From positions 24,747,854-24,806,364 of the forward strand of contig NC_057719.1 of NCBI RefSeq assembly GCF_004010195.1: a stretch of DNA of 58,511 bases, in the 5' to 3' direction. The notes beneath the pieces are model-generated. The model did no database searches and was not told where the DNA came from. It saw only the letters and a list, made by a program, of their open reading frames with translations. This DNA is from Chiloscyllium plagiosum (Eukaryota). Both the position numbers and the translations under genes were made by a program. Below, in pieces: positions 10,446 through 23,305 of this stretch; position 1 is the stretch's first letter, and every line of letters starts with the position of its first letter.

Positions 10446-13290
10446 TAGAACATAGAACATTACAGCGCAGTACAGGCCCTTCAGCCCTCGATGTTGCGCC
10501 AACCTGTCATACCAATCTGAAGCCCATCTAACCTACACTATTCAATGTACATCCACATGCTTGTCCAATGACGACTTAAATGTACTTAAAGTTGGCAAAT
10601 CTACTACCATTGCAGGCAAAGCATTCCATACCCTTACTACTGCCTGAGTAAAGAAACTACCTCTGACATCTGTCCTATATCTATGACCCCTCAACTTAAA
10701 GCTATGCCCCCTCGTGCTCGCCGTCACCATACTTGGAAAAAGGCTCTCCCTGTCCACCCTATCTAACCCTCTGATTATCTTATATGTTTCTATTAAGTCA
10801 CCTCGCAACCTTCTTCTCTCCAACGAAAACAGCCTCAAGTCCCTCAGCCTTTCCTCGTAAGACCTTCCCTCCATACCAGACAACATCCTAGTAAATCTCC
10901 TCTGCACCCTTTCCAAAGATTCCACATCCTTCTTATAATGTGGTGACCAGAACTGTACACAATACACCATGTGCGGCCGCAGCAGAGTTTTGACAGCTGT
11001 AGCATAACCTCATGGTTCCGGAACTCGATCCCTATATTAATAAAAGCTAAAACACTGTATGTGTTCTTAACAATCCTGTCAACCTGGGTGGCAACTTTCA
11101 AGGATCTGTGTACCTGGACACCAAGATCTCTCTGCTCATCTACACTACCAAGAATCTTACCATTAGCCCAGTACTTTGCATTCCGGTTACTCCGAACAAA
11201 GTGAATCACCTCACATTTGTCCACATTAAACTCCATTTGCCACCTCTCAGCCCAGCTCTGCAGCTTATCTATGTCTCTCTGTAACCTACAACATCCTTCG
11301 TCACTATCCACAACTCCACTGATCTTAGTGCCGCCTGCAAATTTACTAACCCACCCTTCTACGCCCTCATCCAGGCCATTTATAGAAATGACGAACAGCA
11401 GTGGACCCAACACCAACCCTTGCGGTACACCACTAGAAACTGGACTCCAGGATGAACATTTCTCGTCAACCACCACCCTCTGTCTTCTTTCAGCAAACCA
11501 ATTACTGATCCACTCTGCTATATCTCCTATAATCCCATTCCTCCGCATTTTGTACAATAGCCTACTATGGGTTAACCTTATTGAACGCCTTGCTGAAATC
11601 CATATACACCACATCAACCGGTTTATTCTCATCTCCCTGTTTGGTCACCTTCTCAAAGAATTCAATAAGGTTTGTGAGGCACGACCTACCCTTCACAAAA
11701 CCGTGCTGACCATCCCTAATCAAATTATTCTTTTCTAGATGATTATAAATCCTATCTCTTATAACCTTTTCCAACACTTTACCAACAACTGAAGTAAGGT
11801 TCACTGGTCTATATTTACCAGGGTTGTCTCTACTCCCTTTCTTGAACAGGGGAACCACATTTGCTATCCTCCAGTCTTCTGGCACTATTCCTGTAGACAA
11901 TGACAATTTAAAGATCAATTCCAAAAGGCTCGGCAATCTCCTCCCTGGCTTCCCAGAGGATCCTAGGATAAATCACATCTGGCCCAGGGGACTTATCTTT
12001 TTTCACACTCTGCAGGATTTCTAATACCTCTTCCTTGTGAACCTCAATCCCACCTAGTCTAGGAGCCTGTATCTCAGTATTCTCCTCGACAACATTGTTG
12101 TTTCTAGGGTGAATACTGTCGAAAAATATTCATTTAGTGCTTCCCCTATCTCCTCTGACTCCACACACAACTTCCCACGACTATCCTTGATTGGCCCTNN
12201 NNNNNNNNNNNNNNNNNNNNNNNNNNNNNNNNNNNNNNNNNNNNNNNNNNNNNNNNNNNNNNNNNNNNNNNNNNNNNNNNNNNNNNNNNNNNNNNNNNNN
12301 NNNNNNNNNNNNNNNNNNNNNNNNNNNNNNNNNNNNNNNNNNNNNNNNNNNNNNNNNNNNNNNNNNNNNNNNNNNNNNNNNNNNNNNNNNNNNNNNNNNN
12401 NNNNNNNNNNNNNNNNNNNNNNNNNNNNNNNNNNNNNNNNNNNNNNNNNNNNNNNNNNNNNNNNNNNNNNNNNNNNNNNNNNNNNNNNNNNNNNNNNNNN
12501 NNNNNNNNNNNNNNNNNNNNNNNNNNNNNNNNNNNNNNNNNNNNNNNNNNNNNNNNNNNNNNNNNNNNNNNNNNNNNNNNNNNNNNNNNNNNNNNNNNNN
12601 NNNNNNNNNNNNNNNNNNNNNNNNNNNNNNNNNNNNNNNNNNNNNNNNNNNNNNNNNACTCAGGAGCTTTTCCTTGAATAAGCTCCACATTTCTAATGTG
12701 CCCATCCCCTGCAGTTTCCTTCCCCATCCTATGCTTCCTAAATCTTGCCTAATCGCATCATAATTGCCTTTCTCCCAGCTGTAACTCTTGCCCAGTGGTA
12801 TACACCTATCCCTTTCTATCACTAAGGTAAACATAACAGAATTGTGATTGCTATCACCAAAGTGCTCACCTACTTCCAAATCTAATACCTGGCCGGGCTC
12901 ATTCCCCAGTACTAAATCTAATGTGTCTTAGCCCCTTGTTGGCCTGTTTACATACTGTTCAGGAAGCCCTCCTGCACATACTGGAGAAAAACTGACCCAT
13001 CTATAGTACTCGTACTATAGTGTTCCCAGTCAATATTTGGAAAGTTGAAGTCCCCCATGAAACTATCCTGTCTCTCTTACTCCTATCGAGAATCATCTTT
13101 GCTATCCTTTCCTCTACATCTCTGGAACTTTCGGAGGCCTATAGAAAACTCCCAACAGAGTGACCTCTCCTTTCCTTTTTCTACCCTCAGCCCATACTAC
13201 CTCAGTTGACGAGTCCCCAAACATCCTTTCTGCAACTGTAATAGTGTCCTTGACTAGCAATGCTACACCTCCCCCTCTTTTACCATCTTC
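10446..13290 (-). mobile_element. Young CR1 LINE, second family ((agaacat)n tail), ORF2 from endonuclease to 3' UTR; contains a gap
   Basis: ORFs with VGEHFGDSNHNSV, VPEDWRIANVVPLFKKG, QHGFVKGRSCLTNL, SGVPQGLVLGPLLF, YCVQFWSPHY. Possible TSD atctagtt (10438-10445) / atctaatt (13291-13298). Confidence 0.95.
12199..12657. other. Assembly gap
   Basis: Run of N inside a CR1. Confidence 1.
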
Positions 13291-13299
13291 ATCTAATTG

Positions 13300-13720
13300 G
13301 GATCTCAGGATGTTCCAACGTACTTCACAATGACTTCACTGTTGTTATGTAGATAATTCTACATACAGCAAAATCCCATTATAGCAAATGTGATGGATGG
13401 TTAGTTATTCTGTTTAAAATCATGAGAAGAACCCTCTTGTGGTACAGTGATAGCATCCTTACCCCTGGACTGGGATGCTAGTGTTCAAGTTCCACCTGCT
13501 CCAGAGCTATGTAAAAACATCTCTGAATAGGTCGATTAGAAAAATAGGTTGGGATGCGAAGGAATATTTGATAGGGAGAATTTCTACTCTCCAAATGATG
13601 CCATGGACTTATTACATCCACTTTAACAGAGAAACAGGCAACTTCAAAATACAGCTGCTTCAACTATGCTACACTCCTTCAATACCATGTGTTGATCTAA
13701 ATTACATATCAAAACCTGCA
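13300..13720 (-). mobile_element. Degraded DeuSINE-like (SacSINE1-type) remnant split by a short tRNA-headed SINE at about 13430-13545
   Basis: cactgttgttatgtag...acagcaaaatccca, tgccatgg..ttacatccac and tgctacactccttcaatac recall the Deu-domain SINE consensus (from memory). The insert has A/B-box-like gtggtacagtgatagc and gttcaagttcc; a related fragment is at about 34100-34170. Confidence 0.5.
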
Positions 13721-14729
13721 CCCTCTGATGCACAGGTGAGAGTATTATCAACTGAATCAAGCTGACAGCTGGCTGCAAAACATCATAGAAATCAGCATTA
13801 TGCTTAACATTGAGGACAGCTAACAGTAAAGTGCTCCGAAAATTATATGTGCTTGGAAATAAAATGCAATTAGGTTAAAGAGCTAAGTGAATGAGAAGTA
13901 TCTTTTGTTTTTCTTCAAGCAGTATATTAAAAATAACTTTTTGCACGTTTGAGCTTTTACTTTTATTTGTGACGCTCTTGTGGTAAATTCAACAAAATGC
14001 AGGGAGTGGAATGGCAATGTTACTGATTCAAGTTTCAAATTACTTTCTAGTACAAAGATATAGGAATTAACTGCTTTCTAAAATAGCCTTGTAAGCCACC
14101 CAATTGTATTCAAGAAGGCAGCTCACCACCGTGTTCACAAGGGCAATTAAAGAAATGTGATAAATGCTGGTCTTGCCAACAAGACCTAGTTCCTATGATT
14201 GAAGAAAAAACTGTTGTTGGCTACTGTAGTCATTAGCAACAGAGCAGTAGCTCCTGAAGAGCAGCATCATTTCTAGCACCGTCCAGGCCGCCTGTCAGTT
14301 AATATTACCCCAACATAATTTTGCTTATAAATATATATACCAGAATATGGAATTTCAGTAACGATAACAAACAGTGAAAATGCTAATGAAATTTGGATAT
14401 CTGTGTGTGGGCAAATTCAGAAATAGTGCATCCACCATGAACCCCAGCCTGGGGTCAGTGACCACTTCACCAACACAGAAATTGCATGTTCCTCCACCAT
14501 TAGGGACCTATCTAGGATTAGGAAAACAGGTATCCAGGATTTTCACCATTTCAGAGGACATGAAAAGACATGTGGAATATTTGATATATTATTCAAAAAA
14601 GCAAACAGGATACTTCTCTTTATTAACCCCAAAAGCCATACAGCCACCTGCTTTTAATAGCCAAAGCATAATATGTTAGAACTGGGACTTTAAACTGAAA
14701 CTAAACACTTGTCTGGCCACACCAGAAGT

Positions 14730-15540
14730 GCTACTTGCAGTGCTGTTCACCACACTAGAGTAAAGATGTGATTGTGCTAGAGATGTGACAGAGAAGATTT
14801 ATACACATATTACCTCTACTGGAGAATTTCAGTTATAATGAAAGGTTATGTAGGCTAGAGATACTTTCTTTGGAACAGAGGAAGATGTAGGGAGATATAA
14901 CTGAAGTGCATAAAATTATCGAGGATCTTGCTTGGGTGAGAGTGCTTTAATCCCCTTGGTTCAGGAGTGAGAGATTTAGGGTAAGAGACAAAAGATTCAG
15001 AGGGAATTCAAGTATAAATTGTTTCATCCAGACAGTAGTGGGAAATGATAGCCTCATGGCATTATTTCTAGACTGTCAACCCATTTGAATCAGACGGTTG
15101 AATTTGAATTCAACAAATATCCAGAGTTAGGAGTCTGATGAAGACTATGAAACCACTGTCAATTGTCGGAAAAACCATCTGGTTCACTAACGTCCTTTGG
15201 GAAGGAAACTGTCATCCTTACCTGGTCTAACCTACATGTGATTCGAGACCCATAGTAATGTGGGCAATTAGGGATGGGCAAATAAATACTGGCTTGGCCA
15301 GTGATGCCCAGATGTTCTGAATTAATATTTTAAAAATCCTGCAACTCACTTCTTAAAGGGTAGCTTAGACAGAAACCCTGATAAACTTTTATAAAGTAAG
15401 GGGATACGCACCTGAGAAGTACCGTAACCTATAAAGATATGGAACAAGAACTGAGAAGCGATATTAGACTGGGTGGCTACTTGTCAGCCAGTGGAGCAGT
15501 AATGGGTTGAATGATCGTCTTCTGTGCAGTAAAATGTTTA
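14730..15540 (+). mobile_element. Old CR1 3' fragment interrupted by a SINE (about 15040-15330) bearing the gggcaattagggatgggca..taaatactggc tail
   Basis: Degenerate RVTEKI.., FSLEQR..GD, RFRGN..FIQTVVG, resuming WNSL-like at about 15338. Confidence 0.6.
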
Positions 15541-15619
15541 AGATGTTTAATTCTCTGAAACAGAATATCTGATAAAGGCCTGAAGTGTTACGTCCTTCCC
15601 CTCAGTGAGTAGAGAGTTT

Positions 15620-15638
15620 CAGTGCTCCCTGGTGGCCA
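15620..15638 (-). promoter_or_regulatory. CTCF-like motif
   Basis: Minus strand tggccaccagggagcactg, close to the CTCF consensus, in non-repeat sequence. Confidence 0.45.
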
Positions 15639-15823
15639 TTCTTTGTAGTAGGGTAATTTAAAACAGACAATTTAAATTTTCTTCAGAGTCCAGATCCTGT
15701 AGCTGACCTGAACACTTTGTTCACAATTTAGTGACAAAGTGTGATTGCTCTGATCAGGGGCAGTGCATGAAGGCTAGAAAAGTAAGAACTCTCTTCCCTC
15801 TCAGTCCTTTTTACCCCCAGAGC

Positions 15824-16028
15824 TGAAAAATGTGTTGCTGGAAAAGCGCAGCAGGTCAGGCAGCATCAAAGGAGCAGGAGAGTTGACGTTTCGGGCATAA
15901 GCCCTTCTTCAGGAAGGGCTTCTGCCCGAAACGTCGATTCTCCTGCTCCTTGGATGCTGCCTGACCTGCTGCGCTTTTCCAGCAACACATTTTTCAGCTC
16001 TGATCTCCAGAGCTGCAGTCCTCACTTC
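15824..16028 (+). mobile_element. Short fold-back element, copy 4 (intact hammerhead-like core on the minus strand, 15885-15912)
   Basis: Inverted arms; 19-bp direct repeat tcctttttacccccagagc at 15805-15823 and 16029-16047, partly overlapping the element termini. Confidence 0.9.
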
Positions 16029-16701
16029 TCCTTTTTACCCCCAGAGCCAGGTTTGGACCAATCAGAAACGTTGGCCAGAGGAAGGGAATCAGCTTCCCAG
16101 CTGAGCCCAATCTGCAGTCCTTTCCAGAGGCTGTTGTTCAAATTTCAGTGGAAATATGTCAGAAGGGTTGAAGGTTTTTAATGACCAAATAAATTGAAAA
16201 GAAACATCAAAAAATTGATCCTAATGTGATGCTGTGATACCCAGAAATCGTTTAGTTTGCTTGTTTATCAGTGCAAGTGCTCAAAGAACACATTTAATTT
16301 TAACAAGATTTTCAAGCATTTAAACTTCTATTATGTTCGACTGAAGCTCTTTTAAAAAGTCAACTAACAAAGAATGGGAGACCAATTCATGAAAGCAAAT
16401 GAGCAACTTAAATGTAATTATTTTCAATTCCTACAATGCCATTGTTGTTATTCAAAACGAGCCAGCTTTTGTAAAAGTATTCTTCCACAATTCAACTAAC
16501 AGTCTATTGAAAGATATCATCAAACCCTTTGCAACAAACTACATTATGAATGTTGTTTTTTCTCTGGTTCTCATGAAACTCCACCTTGCTCAGCAAAATG
16601 TTCTAACATGACATAATGACAATGGTATGAATCAGCAGTCTACATACGTTTGCAATAGCAAGGTTGGACCATATCTATATTGTAATGTTGAACATACTAA
16701 C

Positions 16702-16818
16702 CAGTGTCCCAGCTACTGATGTTGTGAGGTGCACTAGACTGATGTTCCAGTTGTCTCTTCATTAATTGGTTCAGTGTCAGGGCCCCCAGGGATCCCCTTT
16801 TCATTTGCCTATATTGAA
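16702..16818 (-). CDS. UNC79: UNC79 exon (117 bp, phase 1-1), not in the supplied ORF track
   Basis: Manual translation IQYRQMKRGSLGALTLNQLMKRQLEHQSSAPHNISSWDT. Acceptor atgtttag, donor gttagt. Confidence 0.93.
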
Positions 16819-18626
16819 CTAAACATGGTATAAAAACAAATACTGAAACAGGTGGACCTGATGTAAAATAAATGGAACTCAGTGCTCAAGTAAATGATAA
16901 TGTAGTGGTTAATCATTTCTTTTTATTCCTTTACAAATACTGTTCTGTTACCACTTTCCAGTGAGGTCTGTAGTCACTGGGTTCAGGACAGTGTCCCTGC
17001 TGTCATCACACTGGATCCAGCAATAATGGGCTGATTAAAATCGAGAATTTTCACTTAGCTGACTTCACTAAAATGCATATTTAAATTTGATTAACCACTG
17101 TATCAAATTCAGTGTTTGACATATAACTGACAAAAATGAAAAGACATACATGTACAGCCAAGAATTAACACAGAGCCTTCACCACAGATAACCCTTATAA
17201 ATCTGTAAACAAAATTGCTGTTGCTCTTCAAGTGAAGTTACAGCAATAGAGTAGACATGAATCTCTTAACCGTGTAAGCCAAAGGCTTTTGGCATATCAG
17301 AATTTTTCTAACCAACAGATGAAAGGTGAAACAACTGATAAAGAAAAGCTCTGATATGTATGTGACTTCAAACTCACGACTGTCGTTCAAATTCAAAGTG
17401 TTATACTGATCCATAAACAATCACAGCTTGGCAACATTTCAGATAACTGAAGACTGGTGCAGCACAACAATGAAGTGGAAGATTCAGCACAAAATTTATG
17501 CAAAAGTTATGCTCATCTTCCATCTTTAAGACTGGCAACATTAGTGGATTCAAAACCAAAACCACACATAGCTAATTGAGCATTTCTCATAATACACTGA
17601 CTTTTATTCACACAATTGCAGACATACACATGCATACACATACATCCATATATAGAATTAAACAGCCCACTTTTAACCTAAACAAGAAAACAGAAGATTA
17701 TCTGCAAAGCAAACTTTACACCCTGCCCCCATTCCTGCTGTACTCCCCACTGAAGCCAAGGGAGTGTAAAGCTGGCATTTTCCCTGATTCAATTGGTTTC
17801 TTGCCTGGCCAATTGGGTTAAAATCATCCTCAAAGCTTCAACAGATCCTAAACTGAGTTTAATACATTTTTCATTAGAATGACAATTTTTATGTGTTAAA
17901 ACAGAAGATATTCTGTTTGGCCAAAAGATAATCATCCTTTTTTTCTGCTCAGAAAAGTTCACTTTTGCTCAGGGATTTGCAGGTGAAGGATCATGTTTTC
18001 CAAATAGGTCAGTTCGATCTGAAGTTTCGAATAAGCCAACTACACTGTTCCTGGTGAGTAAAACTTTACTCTGGAGTTTATGATCATAAAAAAGCAAATG
18101 AAGCATACTCTTACACAAAAAAACTATTGCTAATGATTAGATATGACGTAGAACTAACACTTTGTTGGCTACCAAGTGGGTAATTGTAAATGTGTATATT
18201 GTACTTTTTGCGATACGAATGGTACCGCAGAACACATAAACAGCACTGCAAATGTACGTAAGGCCATTTTCTCTCATTTAGAAAAGAGAAGATATATAAT
18301 CTTTCCAAAGTTCAAACTGAGTGAAACAGTTGTAGTCATCGGCTGTACCTAGATTTAAGGAAGACAACCACTCAGGGTCATAAGTTTCAGCCATAGGACT
18401 TTGTGTAACTGAACAAGGTTGATTTTTGACCCTATACATTTAGGCACATACAGCAGGACATCACATGAGGTAGTGTGATCCAGAAGGCAGGGATTTTTAA
18501 TTTCCTTCCTTCTTTTAGGGTTTAAAGCATGATGCAGCTTGATGGATGAGTTGCCACACGCTCAAGTCATTAAAATCCATGCCACCATGCTTCAAGGAGA
18601 GCTTTAGAGTGCCTTGAAGTGTTTTA

Positions 18627-19105
18627 GACCATAAGAACATAGACATAGGAGTGGAAGTAAGGCCATTTGACCCATCGAGTCCACTCCACCATTTAATCAA
18701 GGCTGATTGGCATTTCAACTCCACTTACCTGCACTCTCCTCAAAGTCCTTAATTCCTTGCGAGATCAAGAATTTATCAATCTCTGCCTTGAACGTCCCGG
18801 CCTCCACTGCACTCCATGGCAATGAATTTGACAGGCCCACCACTCTCTGGCTAAAGAAATGTCTCCTCATTTCCACTAAATTAACCCCCTCTAATTCTAA
18901 GGCTATGCCCATGGGTCTTAGTCTCCTCGCCTAACAGAAACAACTTCCCAGCATCCACCCTTTCTAAGCCATGCATTATCTTTTAAGTTTCTATTAGACC
19001 TCCCCTCAACCTCCTAAACTCTAATGAATACAATCCCAGGATCCTCAGCCATTCATCGTATGTTAGGCCTACCATTCCAGGAATCATCCATGTGAATCTC
19101 CGCTA
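18627..19105 (-). mobile_element. CR1 3' fragment, third family ((cataaga)n tail)
   Basis: EMRRHFFSQRVVGLSNSLP..AVEAGT..FKAEIDKFL; close to the 25737-27100 copy. Confidence 0.9.
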
Positions 19106-19109
19106 TTTT

Positions 19110-21540
19110 GATCCCTACCATGAAAGGTTGGCCATTTGAGAATTGAGAGGAGAAGCTGATTTGAAGTTGATTTTTTAGGAGTTCTGCCTGAATGTCTATG
19201 AGGTTGGCTTCAAGGAGGCGGCGAGCATTTGTCCTCCCATTAAAGTCAGAGAATGTGGCAGAGGCATTGCTGATGTAATTTCTCTAGAGAAATTAGGTGT
19301 CATAGAACATAGAAGAATACAGCGCAGTACAGGCCCTTTGGCCCTCGATGTTGCGCCGATCCAAGCCCACCTAACCTATACTAACCCACTATCCTCCATA
19401 TACCTATCCAATGCCCGCTTAAATGCCCATAAAGAGGGAGAGTCCACCACTGCTACTGGCAGGGCATTCCATGAACTTACGACTCGCTGAGTGAAGAACC
19501 TACCCCTAACTTCAGTCCTATATCTACCCCCCCTTAATTTAAAGCTATGTCCCCTTGTAATACCCGACTCCATACGCGGGAAAAGGTTCACACTGTCAAC
19601 CCTATCTAACCCCCTAATCATCTTGTACACCTCAATCAAGTCACCCCTAAACCTTCTTTTCTCTAATGAAAACAGCCCCAAGTGTCTCAATCTTTCCTCA
19701 TACGATCTTCCTACCATACCAGGCAACATCCTGGTAAACCTCCTCTGCACCCGTTCCAGTGCCTCCACATCCTTCCTATAGTATGGCGACCAAAACTGCA
19801 CACAATATTCCAGATGCTGCCGTACCAGAGTCTTATACAACTGCATCATGACCTCAGGACTCCGGAACTCAATTCCTCTTCCAATAAAAGCCAGTACGCC
19901 ATATGCCTTCCTCACCGCACTATTTACCTGGGTGGCAACTTTCAGAGATCTGTGTACATGGACACCAAGATCCCTCTGCTCATCCACACTACCAAGTATC
20001 CGACCATTAGCCCAGTACCCCATCTTTTTGTTATTCCTCCCACTTAGCTACATTGAATTCCATTTGCCACCTTTCTGCCCAGCTCTGCAGCTTCTCTATA
20101 TCCTGCTGTAACCTGCCACATCCTTCCTCACTGTCAACAACTCCTCCGACTTTCGTATCATCTGCAAACTTGCTCACCCAACCTTCTAACCCCTCTTCCA
20201 GGTCATTTATAAAATGTCACTTATACATAGTCCAGATCTCACTGCAGTACAAGACTATGGTGACAACAACTGTTCTGTGTGCTACAACCTTGTTACATTG
20301 TGGAGGATTTTGTAATCACTCACTGCTGTAATTGTTAGAAGGCTGAACTGGCACTGCTGCTCCAGCTTTGGATCTCCCCATCAATAGTGGGGGCTCCTTG
20401 ACAGAAATGGCTGCTGAGGTATAGGATTAATATACTGCAGAGTGTCTCCTTCAACAGATCTTGGGAGATGTGATAGTTATCTGACCGGTGGGGTTGATTC
20501 ATCAGTTTTGTTTTGGCAACTTTCAAGACGAGACTATGTATCTCGCATGTGGAAGTGAGGAAAAGAGTGGTTTGCAAACCTGATGCAGAGTGGGAGTCAC
20601 ACTACATCGATCTGCAAGATATAGATACACATTTACAGTGATCAGTGCATTTTGGCACAAAGGGAACTGAAGCTAAAGAGTGTTCCATCAAGATGATTTA
20701 ATACTGCCAGCAGGAGGCAGCTGATCTTTGATGAAGTGAATAGCAAGTGTCAGGTGGATTGCAAATAGTCTGGAGGCTATCACACAGCCTCGTTTGACTT
20801 CAGTTTGAACTCTGAAGTTGTTTCAGATATTCAACTTAAAAAGTCACAGTCATATCATCAAGAAGCAACTGCAGGATTGTGATGGAGTTTCAAATATTCA
20901 AATCTTTGGAGTAGAATCCACACAGCCTCATGATACACTGAGTCAATTACTCTGGGTCAGGTCAATGAATGCAATGAAGAGTTCTGGTACTGCTCTCACT
21001 TTAAAAAAAAAATTGATGTTAGATCATGTTAGAAGTTCTTCTGGGAGACTGAAGTCACACCATGTCTCAGGAAGCATCTCCTCAGCCATAGCAAATAGAG
21101 AATTCAGGAGTGTGTGTGTCAGGACTTTAGTCTGCTGTGGTCAAGAAGGAAATACCTCAATAGATTCCAAAGCAATGCTTGATATACCTTCTTGATGATC
21201 GTCATAATTATCATATTCCTAATGTCAATGGGGAAAAAGGGGAGTAGGCGAATTGTTTTTCCTCTCAAATCTGTAGGACAAACGTATGAAGTTTTGATGC
21301 AAGTAAAGTCTACCATCCTTGAAGACCTCAGCTGGAATACCACTGGGGTAAAATTGTTGCTTTTTTTCATATGTTTGATTGTTCTGGAGGATAGCCCAGA
21401 GTGTATCAGCCACCTCTGTGAATTCACAGTGAGAAGTTGTTCATAAAGTTTCTTTTCAGCATCGACAAATGATATTGTCACTGTCAAGAGGAGAAACACT
21501 GTCCTGTGAACAAGTGGCATTTTGTCCATTCTTTTGGTCT
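19110..21540 (-). mobile_element. Old degraded RTE-clade LINE interrupted by the CR1 at 19303-20214
   Basis: Frameshifted fragments: GIPAEVFKDG, AEEMLPET, EVKRGCVIASRLFAI, LKVAKTKLMNQP, IDGEIQSWSSSASSAF, LEKLHQQCL. These are RTE/BovB-like motifs. Confidence 0.7.
19303..20214 (-). mobile_element. Young 5'-truncated CR1 with intact 215-aa ORF2 C-terminus
   Basis: ORF 19376-20023 (EQRDLGV, LEYCVQFWSP, LFSLEKRR, TRGHSFKL, WNALP) and FADDTK upstream; tgtca TSD at 19298-19302 and 20215-20219. Confidence 0.95.
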
Positions 21541-22199
21541 GTAATTTTTTTGCCACATTTAAAATCCTATTTGTTCTGTATACAAGATAATTTAGATTTT
21601 TTTTGTACAATTGGCTGAATTTTCCTAAAAGTGAAATAGACTCCAGAGACCTGAATCTGGAAGTCCCATCCCTATATTTTTGACTTTAATGGCATTTAAA
21701 TCACTTCACATGTCACAATTATCAGCATTTTGTTAGATCTCTCCGGCTTTCTCTTCACAGCATGTTTTTATTTTGGCTTCCAGATTTGTCTTTAGGGATC
21801 AGACTTGAGCTGATGCAGTGCTGCTTTCTCAAGTTGTAACCTTGAGCTGCTCTATCAGATAATGTAGGCTGCTCATTTTTATTTGAGAGATCACATATTT
21901 GACTATCATTTTAATCAAATCAGTCCTGGTAATTACTATGGTTCAGTGGAATGGTCTGGGCACAGGATTTATAAATAATATAAATAGAAAGCAGGAATTT
22001 TTAGCATTGCTTCACATGAGGCCCACTGAAGATGTTACCTAGTAAGGTAACAAAACGTCTGGAAATGAACCTCCAAGCTCAGCAAGCAAACGTACATCCA
22101 CTAAATTTAAAATTCAGAAGTCTAACGACAGCAGGGAAGAAGCTGTTCTTGAATCAATTCATACATGGATGCAAACTTCTGTCCGACGGAAGAGAGTGG

Positions 22200-22735
22200 A
22201 AGAGAAAGGATATATTGGCACTAGAGGGGGTGCAGAGAAGGTTCACTAGGTTGATTCTGAAGTTGAGGGGGTTGCCTTATGAGGAGAGACTGAGTAGACT
22301 GGGATTATATTCATTGGAATTTAGAAGAATGAGGGGGGATCTTATAGACACATATAAAATTACAAAGGGAATAGATAAGATAGAAGTGGAGAGGACGTTT
22401 CCACTGGCGGATAAAACTAGGACAAGAGGGTATAGCCTCAACATTAGGGGAGCAGATTTAAGATTGAATTGAGAAGGAACTTCTTCACCCAAAGAGTTGT
22501 CAATCTGTGGAATTCCATGCCCATTGAAGTGAATTAAGTCTTTTCATTGAATATTTTTAATTCTAAGAGAGATAATTGTTTGACAGTAAAGGAATTAAGG
22601 GTATGGTGTGAAGGCGGATAAGTGGAGGTGAGGCCACGAAAAGATCAGCCATGATCTTACTGAAGGGGGAGCAGGCTCAAAAAGCCAAATGGTCTACTTC
22701 TGCTCCTAGCTCTTATGTTCTTATGTATGTTCTTA
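22200..22735 (+). mobile_element. CR1 3' fragment
   Basis: RKDILALEGVQRRFTRLI..YEERLSRLGLYSLEFRRMRGDLI; tail tcttatgttcttatg. Confidence 0.9.
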
Positions 22736-23197
22736 CAACATATATTCAGGGCTGAGTAAGAAGGATTATTTGATCGACAAAGCAGTCAAGGGCTATGGCA
22801 GTGGTAGGGTGGCTGGGTAGCAGGAAATGTGGAGTTGAGGTCATGATTGGAACAATCATGATCTTATTGAATGGGAAGTAGATTAAAGCACTAAATGGTC
22901 TATTCCAGCTTCTTTATATGTTCTTATGTACTGACAAGTACAAGTAAAATGGCCTGATTTGAGTAACTATGGCTTCTCAGTTCAGCTTGATATTCATCCC
23001 TAGCAGACAGCAGCAACTAAAGAACTCAAGATGATCATAGCTTTGAAGATGATCCACAAAGTGACCAGAAACAAGGATTTTCTTTACCATGGCCATAGTA
23101 CGGATGTTTATGTATACTAAGCTGCTATGTTAGAAACTATTAAAAGTGTGGAACTAATTAGACAAGCATCTTGCACACAATATTTTAATTAGTTTAC

Positions 23198-23305
23198 TTG
23201 ATACGGAAGAGTGGCAACTGGTCTCTGGCACAGCTGCTTCTAGTGTTGGAGCAGAGGCAGATTCTCTTGGCATATCCAGAGCTGAAAGATCTTTAACAGA
23301 CTGAT
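23198..23305 (-). CDS. UNC79: UNC79 exon (108 bp, phase 1-1), not in the supplied ORF track
   Basis: Manual translation DQSVKDLSALDMPRESASAPTLEAAVPETSCHSSVS resembles the UNC79 MPRESSSAPTL...VPETSSHSS segment. Acceptor ttgttttgcag, donor gtaaac. Confidence 0.92.

Noticed and set aside
12109..12879. Long ORFs of 190-232 aa
   Set aside because: Mostly X from the N gap.
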